Source: Octopus sinensis
Lineage: Eukaryota
Assembly (NCBI RefSeq): GCF_006345805.1
Contig: NC_043009.1
Coordinates: 13,020,001-13,084,000, forward strand
DNA length: 64,000 nt
Direction of reading: 5' to 3'
The notes beneath the pieces were generated by a model. That model saw only the letters and a list, made by a program, of their open reading frames with translations, did no database searches and was not told the origin of the DNA. Positions 25,895-39,600 of this stretch are shown piece after piece; position 1 is the first letter of the stretch, and the number at the start of each line of letters is the position of its first letter. The position numbers and the translations under genes were made by a program.

Positions 25895-26875
25895 CGATCA
25901 CCTGCCCTAGCTATAGAAACAAAGACTGGAATAGGATACAAAGAAGTTGTGACAAAGCAAACAAGGCGAACACGTTGTATAAAACCGACAAATATCAAGG
26001 AGTGATGTTTGTAGAGGTCACAGTCCATGGATAACTAGCTCGTAGATTTAGGAACGCTCTGAAGGAGAACAATCTCAAACTTAAGATTGTTGAAAAGCCA
26101 AGGAAATCCGCCAGATCACAACTAGGTAGGACGTACCCCTATTTGAATCCCATATGCACTAATAATAACTGGATGACATGTAGGATTAGCCCTGGCATTA
26201 AATGTAGAACTCAAAATGTTGTTTACAGCATAAGATGCATAGAAGGTGCTTGTAAAGACATGAACATGACGTACATAGGGGAGACATCTAGGAGCATTGC
26301 GGAACGACTAAATGAACATTTGAGACAATATAACGACAAAAAACCGCCCTCCATACTCTACCAACATGCAAAGGAACAACATGGAGGTAACCTGGATCAA
26401 CTTGACATTCGCATCATATCCAAGCACCCAAAGAGCCCAACCTTCAGACAAGTACGTGAGTACGTCCTCATAAATGAATATTCTCCTATACTAAATCTCT
26501 CTCTATATAAACGGCAGTTTGTCTGTGCGTGTTTCTGTGTGTCTGTTTGCTTGTACCCTCACCCTGACCACGGCTTTCAACCGATTCTGATGAAACTTGA
26601 CACACACATAGCCCATAGCGAAAATTTTGAAAAGTTCCCCCAGTTCTGAAAAAAATCGATAAATTCGACATGGGGTCGAGAATCAGAAACACAAACCGCA
26701 AACTGTCTAGGGGACGCAACTCCACCTTTTTTCACTCTCAAAAAAAATTTACCATCATTTTTTTCCATTTTTTTGCTATTTTTTGGCTATAACTCTCTAA
26801 AAATGCTTTATAGTTATTTCCCTTACAAACCTGAGCAACGCCGGGCGATACTACTAGTAGGAAATATACGTAGTA
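25895..26875 (+). mobile_element. Penelope-like element fragment (thumb + GIY-YIG), interrupted by a Helitron
   Basis: CRTQNVVYSIRC...TYIGETSRSIAERLNEHL; removing 26496-26857 restores EYSPILNRKYT*. Confidence 0.8.
26496..26857 (+). mobile_element. Non-autonomous Helitron
   Basis: 5' TC, 3' CTAG, inserted between A and T; subterminal GC-rich hairpin-like gagcaacgccggg; last about 70 bp shared with 43590-43892. Confidence 0.85.
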
Positions 26876-27039
26876 GATATCATATCTCCATACTTACAGT
26901 TTACACAGGTAGAGTAGAATAGTTTGTGGGCTGTTATGTATGTATGTATGTATGTATGTATGCATGCATGTATGTATGTATGTGTGTGTGTGTATGTATG
27001 TATGTATGTATGTATGTGTGCCTGTATGTATGTGTGTCA

Positions 27040-28632
27040 TGTTTTATTATTATTTCAAGATTTCTTACAAATAGAGAAAGAGCGGGTTTCTGACATAGAT
27101 CCAAGGCTCCTTCAACATCTACAACAGAGTATTTTCGTATGTATGTGTATGTATGTATTTATGTATATTTTGTTTATGTATGTCTTCTTATGCATATAGT
27201 TGGATACTTAAAGACTCCGCCGGTTACGACGACGAGGGTCCCAGCTGATACGATCAACGGAACAGCTTGCTCGTGAAATTAACGTGCAAATGGCTGAGCA
27301 TTCCACAGACACGTGTACCCTTAACGTAGTTCTCGGGGATAATCAGCGTGACACAGAGAGTGACAAGGCTGACCCTTTGAAATACAAGTACAACTCATTT
27401 TTGCCAGCTGAGTGGACTGGAGCAACGTGAAATAAAGTGTCTTGCTCAAGGACACAACGCGCCGCCGGGAATCGAACTCACAACCTTACGATCATGAGCC
27501 GAATGCCCTAACCACTAAGCCACGCGCCTTCACAGTTGGATACTTACACATGCTCATATATACATAAATGACAAACTTCTGAGAGGTTATACAGATTTTT
27601 ACAGTTCCAGTAATGACTTTGATCTGCAGTTTTCGAATCAGCTTTCTACTTTCTGGTTTTGAGAAGGCTAAAATCTCAAGATTGGTATTTAGGAAGTGTA
27701 ATACATATCCCAGCGCCCCAATATTTACAGGTATAAACCTGAACTTGTAATCTGGAGAGAATAACTGCAGATTTCTCAATAGTTCAGCGTAGGTATTTTC
27801 TTTTGCACTGATCTTCAGCTGTATGTTAACATCCTTTGGGCAGCTGATTTCCATAACTGTACTCAGTTTCTCATTGTCCCAAATCATTATATCAGCTCTG
27901 TTGTGCTTACATTTCATTGAGGTTTTCACATTCCAGCAGTACTCTTTATTATTATGAGTGTTTATGGCTGCCACCATACTGTGGGTTCTTATTACTTTGT
28001 CGTCGTAGTTATCCTTCCGACAGATCTCGTTATACAGTATCATACCTACAACATCATATCTTATCGGTAGATTGCACCGTGATTACATTTTCGGACAACT
28101 TATTTTGATGTGGGTGATATTTTTGGTGTTAGCTCCGCAAAGTTTGCATCAGTTGTCACATTTTACCACTTTTCCTACAACTGTCTCTTTTCATGTTCTG
28201 TTCCTGGAGTGCCAACGCATACCCTTCAAAGTGGGAGCTAGGAATCAGGTTGTTGGTCCATGTTAGACTGCTTTCATGATGAATGTTAGTATCATCTCTG
28301 AGCTTTCTACTAACATATCCATGCATTGCTTCCCGTTTCATCTCATGCTACAATTTGGGTAGATTCGTGCGACTCATCCGGGTATGTATTTAAAATTATC
28401 AGACAAAGAACGTTGCTCAAGAATCTGCCTTCCAGGTCTTATGATGTTGTCATTTTCATGTATGCAAACTTGGCCAAAGAATGTATTTCAACACCTGGTG
28501 GTTAAAAGATGTTGCCGAATGGGTATGGTACGACACTCAAAGGCCTTTTGGGTCGATGTTAAGCCTTTGCCACGTTGTTTTCGTTTTAGGTAGAGGTGGT
28601 CTACGTCTCTGTTGATGTGGAAATTGTAGGAA
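27040..28632 (-). mobile_element. Degenerate 5'-truncated R4/Dong-like LINE (ACAT-associated family), interrupted by SINE-2
   Basis: FHINRDVDHLYLKRKQRGKGL, AMHGYV, KHNRADIMIWDNEKLSTVMEISCP, IQLKISAKENTY; 3' UTR shared with 3190-3280. Confidence 0.85.
27211..27533 (-). mobile_element. SINE-2 with 13-bp target-site duplication
   Basis: TSD agttggatactta at 27198-27210 and 27534-27546; tRNA-like head gcgcgtggcttagtggttagggc...gagttcgattccc. Confidence 0.92.
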
Positions 28633-28708
28633 TTATGTATGTATAATTTATGCACGTATATATGTATGTATGTATCTATCTATCTGCCTGCCTGCCTGCC
28701 TGCCTGCC

Positions 28709-28761
<53 letters not shown>

Positions 28762-28762
28762 G

Positions 28763-28805
<43 letters not shown>

Positions 28806-28809
28806 AGTT

Positions 28810-29090
28810 TGTGTGCGTGTGTTGGTATTCGTCTCCATCTTCGATGAGAATACACAAAGATACACGAGATTTCTTGATAAATATACAAATTATGCGAGGT
28901 GAATTATAGGAAAGTAAATTATAGACCGCGTACCATAAATGTTTCCGCTGTCTCCGTCTTCCAGGTCTATCTACATTAGGTTCTGTATAAGTTGCATTAC
29001 TCTTAAAGTTGGACCTTTCTAATACGACATTGTAGTTTGGAGCAGACATTTTGGAAATTGTTTGTTGGAAACACGCCAACTAATACTATT
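28810..29090 (-). mobile_element. Penelope-like element fragment (post-RT region)
   Basis: APNYNVVLERSNFKSNATY...RRRQRKHLWY resembles the PLE Y..AL..SG...L.Y...R.R..IW motif. Confidence 0.55.
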
Positions 29091-29812
29091 TATTGTTTGA
29101 TAATTGACAGTGAGTGTTAGAGTCGACATCAGTGTAGGAGGTATTCTCATTTGGTTTCTGGTAGGGTTTTCATTTGCCTGAACTAAAACTCATATTAATG
29201 TGTAGGAAATTAACTTTTTTAAACTTAGTGTTATAGATTTTAAGTTCAGTTAGTCTAAATATTTTCCATAATTTTTTTCTCATCTTATCCATATCGTGTC
29301 CATTTTAGTTTTGTACCATATGTACCACTCCAACAAGTATAAAGACAGTATATAGGCGCGTGCACGCGCACATATACCAATATATATTAATATACACACA
29401 TACACACATATGTATATTCTTTTCTGTTATCTCTTTTAGTCTTTCTCAGTTACTGGACTTCATATATGTTGAACAACGACTCAAAAACACTGTCAGATGA
29501 GTGTGCAGTTTCATTTCTTGCCATATTTAAGCCAGATATTTCTTGCCTCAATTATTGCTAATGATCTCCGTTTGAACTCATATATCATGCAGTACCTGAT
29601 TTGGGTCTGACATAATTTCATTTTAAAAGAGTATTATAGTAATATACGATTTTTAATCATAGTGGTATGAAGTAATTTGCAAATGTAAAAGAAAAAGAAA
29701 GAATGTAAAAAGTTAATGCTAGTTTGCATTGAGTATGCATCCCCATAGTGATCATGTCAAAAATACGACAGGACTTTCTTTCTAACGTAAGGCATACAGA
29801 CTCTGATCCACA

Positions 29813-30100
29813 TTTGCTCTCTCTCTCAATCCGCTCAGTCGAAGTCGACTCTCGGTCACTCGTTGGATCAGTGTCCTCCAGCCAGTTCTATCCTGGGCCG
29901 CTTCGTTCAGATTGGCTATGTCCATTCCGGTATCACTCTTGATGGTGTCAAGCCAGCGGGTTCTTTGTCGGCCTCTTCCTCTCTTGCCACTGACCATTCC
30001 GAGCATGATGTCCTTCTCCAGGGATTTTCTCCGCATAATATGACCAAAATATGCCAATCTATGCTTGGTGATCCTAGCTTCTAGCGACATTTTCGGCCTA
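29813..30100 (-). mobile_element. BovB/RTE-type LINE 3' end with (GA)n tail
   Basis: SLEARITKHRLAYFGHIMRRKSLEKDIMLGMVSGKRGRGRQRTRWLD...ESRLRLSG, uninterrupted. Confidence 0.88.
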
Positions 30101-31199
30101 TGTGTATTTTTGTTCATAAACCAGCAGTATCATATTTTATGTGTCTGGGGGTAACATTAGTGTAACATGCAACAAAAGTCAGTTTGACATTGTCTGTGAC
30201 ACAAGCGGTTCTTAGTCAACGTGATGCACGCATGGATGGGTCACATCGCTATGATTGCGAAGTGAACTTCTTTATGGTTGAAGCATGCCTTCACAAAGAC
30301 ATTGAAACATGCGAACTTACGCGTGCACGCGATCGCATACATCAAACTGTGACTAAGTTAACTAATTCCCAGTAATAAAATACAAAACATGCCTGAGTCA
30401 ACGTATGAAACAATGGAAGATATCTCGATTATATTTTCATCCGTCCGTGTCCTTATTAGTTTAAATCTAGCATAATTGATTAATGATACAATATATCAAC
30501 CTAATTAATATTCTGTTATTATTTCGTTTATCCTTTTCAGACTAACTGGATTAATGACTCGTGTTCCTGAAAGAGTACTGAGTTTTTGATGAACTATTTT
30601 AGTCACGTATATAAATTGCATATATTTTTTCTGATGCATATGTATTGTACGTACATACATACTTGCACACTTATACGCTTATATACATGCATACATATAT
30701 TCATTCATATGTATAATCGCATACGAATGCATATTACATGCAAATATTTTTACATACATACATACAATATGGTAGCAACAATATAGATCTCCAAAGCAAT
30801 CAATCTTGATGTGACAAGTGCTTACCGCAACTCATAAGCAACTGTCAAAAAATGTCCCACGATAATATCTACTAATGGAAGATAACAGTGTCCAGAACAT
30901 TGTACAATTCAGTTCATGGAAGCTTGGTCCAGAAGGTCAGAATATAAAAAATTACAGCGAAGAGAAGTGTATCTTCACTCATGTTCAGAAAAATTACAGT
31001 TAGAACGACCCAAACAAAATATCAGGAAGAAATATACTCACAACGGAAAAGACGCAATTATCTGGAACAGGAAAAAGAAGTTTTTCTCAGCGGATCTTAA
31101 CTGGCGAGAAACTTAAATTCCAAAGTAAGATACATACTTACATAGAGTGAGAGACAATCACGCCAGCATGCTAGGATATTCATCAGTGGTGTAGGGAAA

Positions 31200-33300
31200 G
31201 TTTTGCTCCAGTCCACCCATATACGTTGTGATATGAGATTAGTTTCGTCTACCTCTTGACTCTCTGCCCCATCTATAAGTTGTCCTATAATGATGTGGTT
31301 TTTTTCTTTACCTTTTTCTACATCCGATTTGCGTTTCGTTGATTTATGGAGTATAGTTTCTTCGTTCAAACGTAGAGCGTGACCAGTAAATCCATTCCAA
31401 GTTTTTGTTTTAATAATAACTTGTAAATTTTCCATCCTAACTCTTTCCATTGATATTTAATGGCGATAAGGTTATTCTTCACTTGTATCATGGTCACCCC
31501 AAGGAATTCTCGGAATTAATCTTATACATTTCAATGAAATATCCATGTCCTCGGTGACATAAATCGCTCTTGGTATTACATCGGACATGTAGAGGTGGAA
31601 TTTAATTTCCATGATGATAGAGCTCTACCGGATACTCGCTGAGAAACTGCTTTCTGCGCATCAACAAATACATTGCTTCCGAAATAAGAGAATTTTGCTG
31701 CAAATTCTTGATTCGTTTTTTTTTATTCTCAGTTTTTATAGCGGATGTATTAGTATATTAGGGTACATAACTTTAATGGTGACACGTATTTAGATCCTTA
31801 CCGCGGTTCAAGTCAAGGTAGATTACATTTACCCGTACAGACACTACCGTCAAAATACAAGTCTTTCTCTTTCCGCATGTATTTCATACGGTGGGTTGTT
31901 CATAACCATCTTCATAATGAAATACGAAAATGGAATGGGAAGAAATACTAAGAATCCTCAGCGTAATGACCATTCATACTTTGTGGTTTAATGCAGAAGG
32001 AAGTATGCTAATACAGGGAATTTGTGATGTTGCTAAAATTTCCTGGTATGTCATAAAGTTTTAACGAGGTAAATACTCTCAAAGGCCTTCTTGAAACCAA
32101 TAAAGTCGACTGGTATTTAGAACACTTCTTATTTTTACTATGAATGCAAGCTTGCTGTTCTCAGTGATGGTTGTCTAACGATTCTCTTGTTCTGTTCAGA
32201 ATTACTGCACAAATTACATACAAAATAAATGCTAAAACGTTTCCATTTGTCGCAATTCCTGAAACATCGTTCTTTAAGGCAGAAAAATAACAATACCTCT
32301 TCTTTCATAATCTTTATCTTGTTCTGCATTATTTATCTAACGAAAATGTTCGACAATCTCATCTGCAATAAAATCCTTTACATGTTAAACAGTTTCGGTG
32401 ACATACAGTCATGTGCAGTACCGTGTTATTCTTTTCGTATTTAACAGTGGTAATATTATTTGTTATACTTTTCAGTACTGCATGTAGCTGAGTGGCTCCC
32501 CCTTCATGTTCGATGAGAAAATGATTGATAATTTTCGAAAATTTATTGAAAGTTTTGAACACTTCTCTCTAACTCAGCAACGCCAGTCAGTTGGCGTTAT
32601 TACTTTTGCTAATTATTTGTACACTGCTACCTCTTCGCTCTGCAAGTGAGCCGCTTTACAACGATTGCGCCATATGCTTTTGTGTATTTCGATTCTACGC
32701 GTCGTCTCTTGTATCTTCAGCATTTGCTTCACCCTTTTCTCACTAAAACATACAGTGTTCGTCTTCAACTCCTCCCTATCGGAAGAGAGTGTTTGTTGCT
32801 TTTTTTGTCTCTTCTGATTTTTACAGTTTTCTTCCCATCGCTCGAACGCGACTGCAGGTAACAATACCTGAATTTTCAGTCAATCGATACTTATGCACTA
32901 GTAATGATAGCCCGTATAAGCAGCTTCCATTACTCAACATTATCTTTGTCTTGTAGCACCAAGAATCGATTTCTTATACCGACATAAAATCTACTAAGGT
33001 CGGTTATTTCAGACCCCTAGATGTAGATGACCTCTATGAATTGAGCAAGTAGTTCTTTTTAAACTTCAACTGGACTTACTCGATAACAAAGTTATAATCT
33101 GATTCAGCATCAGCTTTTTTCTCTATAAGAACATTCTGCAGAGAAGAGCATCATTCCGTACTTATGCAGAAATAATCGATTTCATTTCTAACATTACCAT
33201 CTAGTGAGGTTAAGGTCATCTTATTGATACAGTTACGTCTAAAGATACACTGTTTGCTCTGCAATCTTCAGAGTAAAAAGCAGTCTCTCTCTATTTACAA
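31200..33300 (-). pseudogene. Old, heavily decayed RTE-clade LINE (APE endonuclease, RT, C-terminus)
   Basis: SLDGNVRNEIDYFCIS...ADAESDY (APE), FIGFKKAFESI (RT FxDxxKAFDS), TGHALRLNEE (C-terminal); many stops and frameshifts. Confidence 0.65.
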
Positions 33301-33384
33301 CTTTTATATCTCAAGATCCATGCAATGGCATTATTTATGTATATGTATAATATATATACATAAATAATGCCATTTTCCCGATGG

Positions 33385-33550
33385 CCGGATAACTGAAGAG
33401 ATGGCGGCGTGGATTTCAACCTCTGCATCCGAAACTCGGAGATTTATCATGGCTACCGAATAATTGTCACATGGTGCATTTACAGGTAAATTTCTGTATT
33501 TACATAATATGGAGGTCTCTTTCTTTTGTTGTCTTACCATTTTTATCAGT
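33385..33550 (+). mobile_element. Short element family C with hammerhead-like motif 33388-33448
   Basis: Homologous to both arms of 36652-36912; 3' end fused to (TA)n. Confidence 0.75.
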
Positions 33551-33622
33551 ATATATATGTATATATATATGCATATATGTATATATATATATGCATATAT
33601 GTATATATATATATACATAAAC

Positions 33623-33682
<60 letters not shown>

Positions 33683-33686
33683 CATA

Positions 33687-33729
<43 letters not shown>

Positions 33730-33743
33730 AATATATATATATA

Positions 33744-33777
<34 letters not shown>

Positions 33778-33794
33778 AATATATATATATATAT

Positions 33795-33840
<46 letters not shown>
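33550..33840. repeat. (TA)n-rich microsatellite
   Basis: Direct inspection. Confidence 0.96.
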
Positions 33841-33844
<4 letters not shown>

Positions 33845-33990
33845 CATATAAACATTCAGACATTCATAAACGTATATATGTATATATGCGTACACACATA
33901 TACATTAGTACATAAACGTATGGAGGTATATGCATGTAGTTATATACATATATATACATATATTCATAAACATATATAGTTATCACTCTA

Positions 33991-34026
<36 letters not shown>

Positions 34027-34511
34027 TCTATCTATTTATCTATATACATATATACATATGAGAAATTTAATCGTCACTAAATGTGACTGATTGTATAAAG
34101 AACCTACATTGCTAAAAATAAGTGTTAAGATCTCTTTATGCTGTAAGAAGAGCGCAATATATAAAAACAATGAGAGGGGAGGCAACCGACCCATGACCGT
34201 CTCTAGAATCACTAGACTAGAATATTTTCGCATATTTAGTAGTTAGTACTCAAACACTCGATGGTCTGGCTAAATCCGTCGGCCTTTGTATATTTTTTAA
34301 CATAAAAATTAATGGCGGGTTTAGCGAAATGCTAATTCGTTTAATGAAAATTTCTATAAACATCTAGGCATAATCGATAAAGGAAAAGCATAATCGTGAG
34401 GGCGTCGAAGTACCTATATTGCTAGAAATAAGAGTTTAAAATGCTTTATGATATTATATTGTGCCTAGGAGTTTATATATATATGTGTATATATATTTAT
34501 ATATATACATG

Positions 34512-34714
34512 CATTCAAAATGTGACCGCGTGTGCACCGTTGGCGATTTGTTTCCCTCTGTCTTCCTTTCTCTGGATCTTTCCTACTCCTATGTTTCCGA
34601 CGAAGAGCTCCGCTCGAAACGTTAAACCTTCCTTCTTTCCTGAGCGTCCAATAATACTATATTTGTTTCACGTCCTCGCGTTGTTGTGTTTTTTGTGCTT
34701 TCATGTTTGGATTA

Positions 34715-34717
<3 letters not shown>
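34512..34717 (+). mobile_element. Short element family B, complete copy
   Basis: Paralogue of 108-304; flanked by (TA)n. Confidence 0.8.
34593..34627 (+). ncRNA. Minimal type-I hammerhead-like motif (core CCGACGA + A)
   Basis: GUUU-CCGACGA-A-GAGC(UCC)GCUC-GAA-ACGU-U-AAAC. Confidence 0.6.
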
Positions 34718-34786
<69 letters not shown>

Positions 34787-34807
34787 CGTGTGTGTGTGTG
34801 TGTGGTG

Positions 34808-34867
<60 letters not shown>

Positions 34868-35697
34868 GTCTGCGTAGTCTTGTCTGTCCCTGTCGCAATT
34901 CTTTGATGATACCTCTATAAATTTTTAAGAACTTTGGAAGCAAGAGTATAAGTTATCCTCGGACGTGAGACCAGGATAAATGCTTGGCCACTGATTAAGC
35001 CCATGCAGGAAATATTATTCCGATGGCATTTCATGCAGTCTCCCTCTATCATAAGCTACCAACAAGGTTTTGGCCACCCGTAAACTACGATTGAAGACTT
35101 TTGCCCGACATATCTAGCAGCGGGTTTGAACATGAAACAACATAGTTCGGAATTCATTTCTTAGCCACACAGACATATATCCACCTACCCTATATCTGTG
35201 TGCTTGTAACATGTATGAGTATGAATATAATTTATATTCACCGAACACAGACACACCTATACACAGGTACACACACATGCGAGTGCATTTACCGCACCAA
35301 ATGCAACCACACTACGAAACTCACGAGTGCGTGCGCATGAATAAATAATGACCAGGCATAGAAACCAGCCTATATACAATTCTTTTCAAGAGGTAGACAT
35401 AAGCTCCAAGATAGACAAATGTTGAAATATATTATTAGAGAGTCTGCCTCTCGAAGATGTCTTGTATATACAAGGAACAAATGTATTTCTTTTCTCGGAG
35501 GATAGCTAAACTTATGTCACAATAAGGATATTATTACAGACATTATTTAAAGTCGAGTATAGGCATTACACTGACCGGCAGCGAACTACTATAACTTCAA
35601 CATCAGAATATGAAGGAGTTTCAAGTATGATAACGTAGATTGTTGTTGAAAATGCCGAATCACCTTTCTCGCAACAGGATAACGACCGTACCTCCGA

Positions 35698-35806
<109 letters not shown>

Positions 35807-35817
35807 CTATCTATCTA

Positions 35818-35870
<53 letters not shown>

Positions 35871-35949
35871 ACATATATATATACATATACATACACATAC
35901 ATACACACACACACGCACACATATATATATGTATATATATACCAAAAAA

Positions 35950-36070
35950 TTGATAAATAAAACATATGCATATATACATACATATATGTACGTACCTACA
36001 TCAACATGTATATGTACATGGATATATGGGTACAGGACACCCAAAAATCATTGAACACAATGAGAAACGA
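35950..36070. repeat. Dispersed repeat, inverted copy at 61555-61680
   Basis: catatgcatatatacatacatatatgtacgtacctacatc...gggtacaggacacc...cacaatgagaaacgaa is shared. Confidence 0.7.
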
Positions 36071-36651
36071 AAACATAAACACAAAATCATTTTTCTTAAA
36101 CAACGAAAAAATAGAGTACAGGACATACAGCACAAGGAAAATTCACCTACTCCGCGTTTCGAAGGTAAAGGCGAGACTCAGTTGAAACATTCCTTCCCGC
36201 AAAGGGCAAATGAAATAAAATTTGAGATTTTTTTGCGGAGGGGTAAAAATGGTAACAAAAAGAGGACAGTAAAGACAGTACAAAATATAAACAGTAAAAT
36301 TCAGGACAAGGAGAATAACAGTAACACAGACATTGAGAGCTGTTAAGCCAAACGAGAGAAAATATTACGAACGCTTTTTGAGAACGGCGATGGAGAGACA
36401 CAGGAAATCCGTGTACACTTGAGGGAAGCGAGGTCAGAAAGACAGTAGTTTTCTCGTCGCTGGTCAGTGACGGGACAGAGGAGGAGGAGTAAGAGAAAGG
36501 GAGAGAAAAAAAGGGAATGGTTGTAGAGAAAACCAGAAAGAATGAAGAATGAGAGAGAGAGAAAGAGAGAGAGAGGGAGAGACAGTAAGGTATAAGAAAA
36601 AGAAACCAGAAAGAATGAAGGCTGAGAAAGGGAGGGGTACAGAAAGGATAT

Positions 36652-36912
36652 ACATTGGTAAAAACGGGAAGATAACAAAAGAAAGGAAGAGACCTCAATA
36701 TTTTGTAAATAGAGGAATTTATCTGTAAATATAATATGTGATAATTATTCGGTAGCCAAGATAAAACTCTGAGTTTCGGATGCCGAGGTGGAAATCCACA
36801 TCACCATCTGTTCAAAATAACTGAAGTGATGGTGGTGTGCATTTCCACCTCGACATCGGAAACTCAGAGTTTTATCTTGGCTACCAAATAATTGTCACAT
36901 ATTATATTTACA
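36652..36912. mobile_element. Fold-back element, family C (two head-to-head copies)
   Basis: Inverted arms about 36724-36812 / 36821-36912. Confidence 0.8.
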
Positions 36913-37254
36913 TATATATCTATATATATAAGTCAGGTTGTGCGTGCGTGTGAAAACCCACATAGCTTCTGAAGTTCACAACTAATGTTCTTCAAACTGG
37001 GAACAAATATTACTTACGTTCTTTTATATATATATCTTAATTTTGCCTATACGGTTTTAGCTTGCTACCACTATCATTAATATCTCTCATAAGTATTGAC
37101 GTTCTTTATACATATACATACACACACACACACACATACACACAGACATATATATAGGTATATATATGTATATATATATACACATGTATATGTGTGTGTG
37201 TTTGTGTGTTTATGTGTGTATGTATATACACAAATATTAATACATTCTTCAATT

Positions 37255-37860
37255 CTTTAACTTGTTCCAGTCATTTGACTGTCGTCATGCTGGAGCACTA
37301 TTTTGAAAGGTTACAGTCGAACAAATCAACCCCAGGACCTTTTCTTTTAAGCCTAGTATTTATTCTATATGTTCTTTTGCCGAACCGCTAGGTTATGGGG
37401 ACATAAACACATTAACACCGGTTGTCAAGCGTTGAGGGGGACAAACACAGACACAAAGGCACACACACATAGATATATACATGTAAGTGAAATTTACAGA
37501 AAAACAAAAGACGAAGAGAGGTGTATAAATAAGCAGAAGTATTAGCGTGATGCACGGGAATGTGAAAAAGTCTTTTATGTTTCGAGCCTATGCTCTTCAA
37601 CATGAAGGAATATGAGGAAATAAACAGAGAGAGAATTATAAAAAAAAGTTGGGGAGTTAGCGGTCAATCATAGTGACATATATATATATATATATGCGAC
37701 AGGCTTCTTTCTGTTTCCGTCTACCAAAGTCATTAAGAAGTTTTTAATTGGCCCAAGGCTATAGTAGAAGGCACTTGCCCATTGTGCCACGCAGTAGGAC
37801 TGAATCCGAAATCATGTGATTGGTAAGCAAGCTTCCTACCACACAGTCACGCTTGCACCG
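37255..37860 (-). mobile_element. SINE-1 split by a nested family A element in its central microsatellite
   Basis: Tail 37255-37470, head 37697-37860, family A insert about 37490-37660. Confidence 0.8.
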
Positions 37861-37905
37861 ATATATGTGTGTGAGTGTGTGTTTATATATATATATAATA
37901 TATAT

Positions 37906-38038
<133 letters not shown>

Positions 38039-38294
38039 TGCATATATATATACATATATGCATATATATATACATATAAGTATACACACATACATACGCT
38101 CAAACACACACATATACATATAAACCTCGAACGGATGAATTAAGTTGTACTTTGTGATGTGAATATGAATTAGGTATCATATATTTTGTTCAAAATATCA
38201 AATCGAAATTTTCTGGGGTTGCTGGTCATTATTTCATTCGCAACATATAAATATAAATACAGGCAATATACATAAATATATATATATATATAGT

Positions 38295-38329
<35 letters not shown>

Positions 38330-39600
38330 ATATATATATATAGTTATATATATATATATATCTATATGTATATATATATGTATATTATATATATATATAT
38401 TTATATGTGTCTGTGTGTGTCACTTTTTCTAAAGATTTAATTGTGTTTATATGGATGATTAAATGCTTTAGGTAGATTTGTGATATTTAGCAATCCATAA
38501 ATGAAGTTTCGTATTGCTCAACGAATAATACAATTAATGAGAGACAAAGGAGAAAAGCAGCCAGAGATAAGTCAACCATTCTATAAACTAGACCATATAG
38601 CTTTATCTATCATATCTTTGTTAATATTTCAGCAATCATGACAGAAGCCGTGTACTGAATATCAAAGTCGGCTTTCTTATTGCGATTTCAACTGAAAAGA
38701 ACATTTTACAATTGTAGTGACAAACATTTGGAAAAATGTTTAACTAGGTATCCATAAATCGCAAGTATAAGAACGTAAGTAACAATTTTTAAGTGTTTAG
38801 ACAATTAAAAAAAAATCTTTATTTACTGGGTATCTGTCATATTACCATTTTATACAGAATAGCAATTCTGCCAGACAAACTGGAACCGATGTAAATTTGA
38901 AGACATTCGAAGTTATTTACCCTGGAATATATCTGGATAAAAAGGCTCAAATTAAACGAAGAATTTTAGGTTGTTCTCATTAATATATTTTTCGTTTAAT
39001 TTTTGTAAAATTGATGTCCATCCTAGTATTCATTGAGTGTTGTTGTTTTTGATGTGAACAAATTCCTGAATTTATTTGAAAGAATAGTCATTTCAGTTGG
39101 TAAGCTCATACGGCATATTTATAAATTATTTATTGAGAAAGTGACTGAATAAAACTCATAGCGTATGAGCTATACTATTGGTTTCAAAGTTTAGCACAAG
39201 GCCAGCAAGTTCGAGGGAGGAGGCTAAGTCAATTACATCGACCCTGGTGTTCAATTACTACATATGTTACCTACCTCGAAAGGATAAAAGGCAAAGTCAA
39301 CGTCTGCGGAACTTGAACTCAGAAAATAATGACGGACAAAATGCCGCTAAACTTTCTTCCCGGCGTATTAACGATTTTGCTTACTCGTCGCCCGCCTATT
39401 AGCCAATATTTTAAAGAAACATCTGCTTCCGTCAGTGTTACCAAACAAATAATCTGTAGTTGTTTCTAAAGTATTTTGTAAGTACTATGACTATTGGAAT
39501 TATTCCCCTCTTTAAGAAATGAAGCAAGTATCTTTGTTAAAGGTGCTGAATTCAAGTCTTCCCATGAGTACAGTCATTTTAGATCGGGTATCCTTAATTA

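Noticed and set aside
36140-36200. Minus-strand GAAGG...CCUUC-GAAACGCG; also cgatc...gatcgaaa at about 48173-48192
   Set aside because: Helix II and GAAAC-like parts are present but no core; retained only as possible decayed PLE termini.
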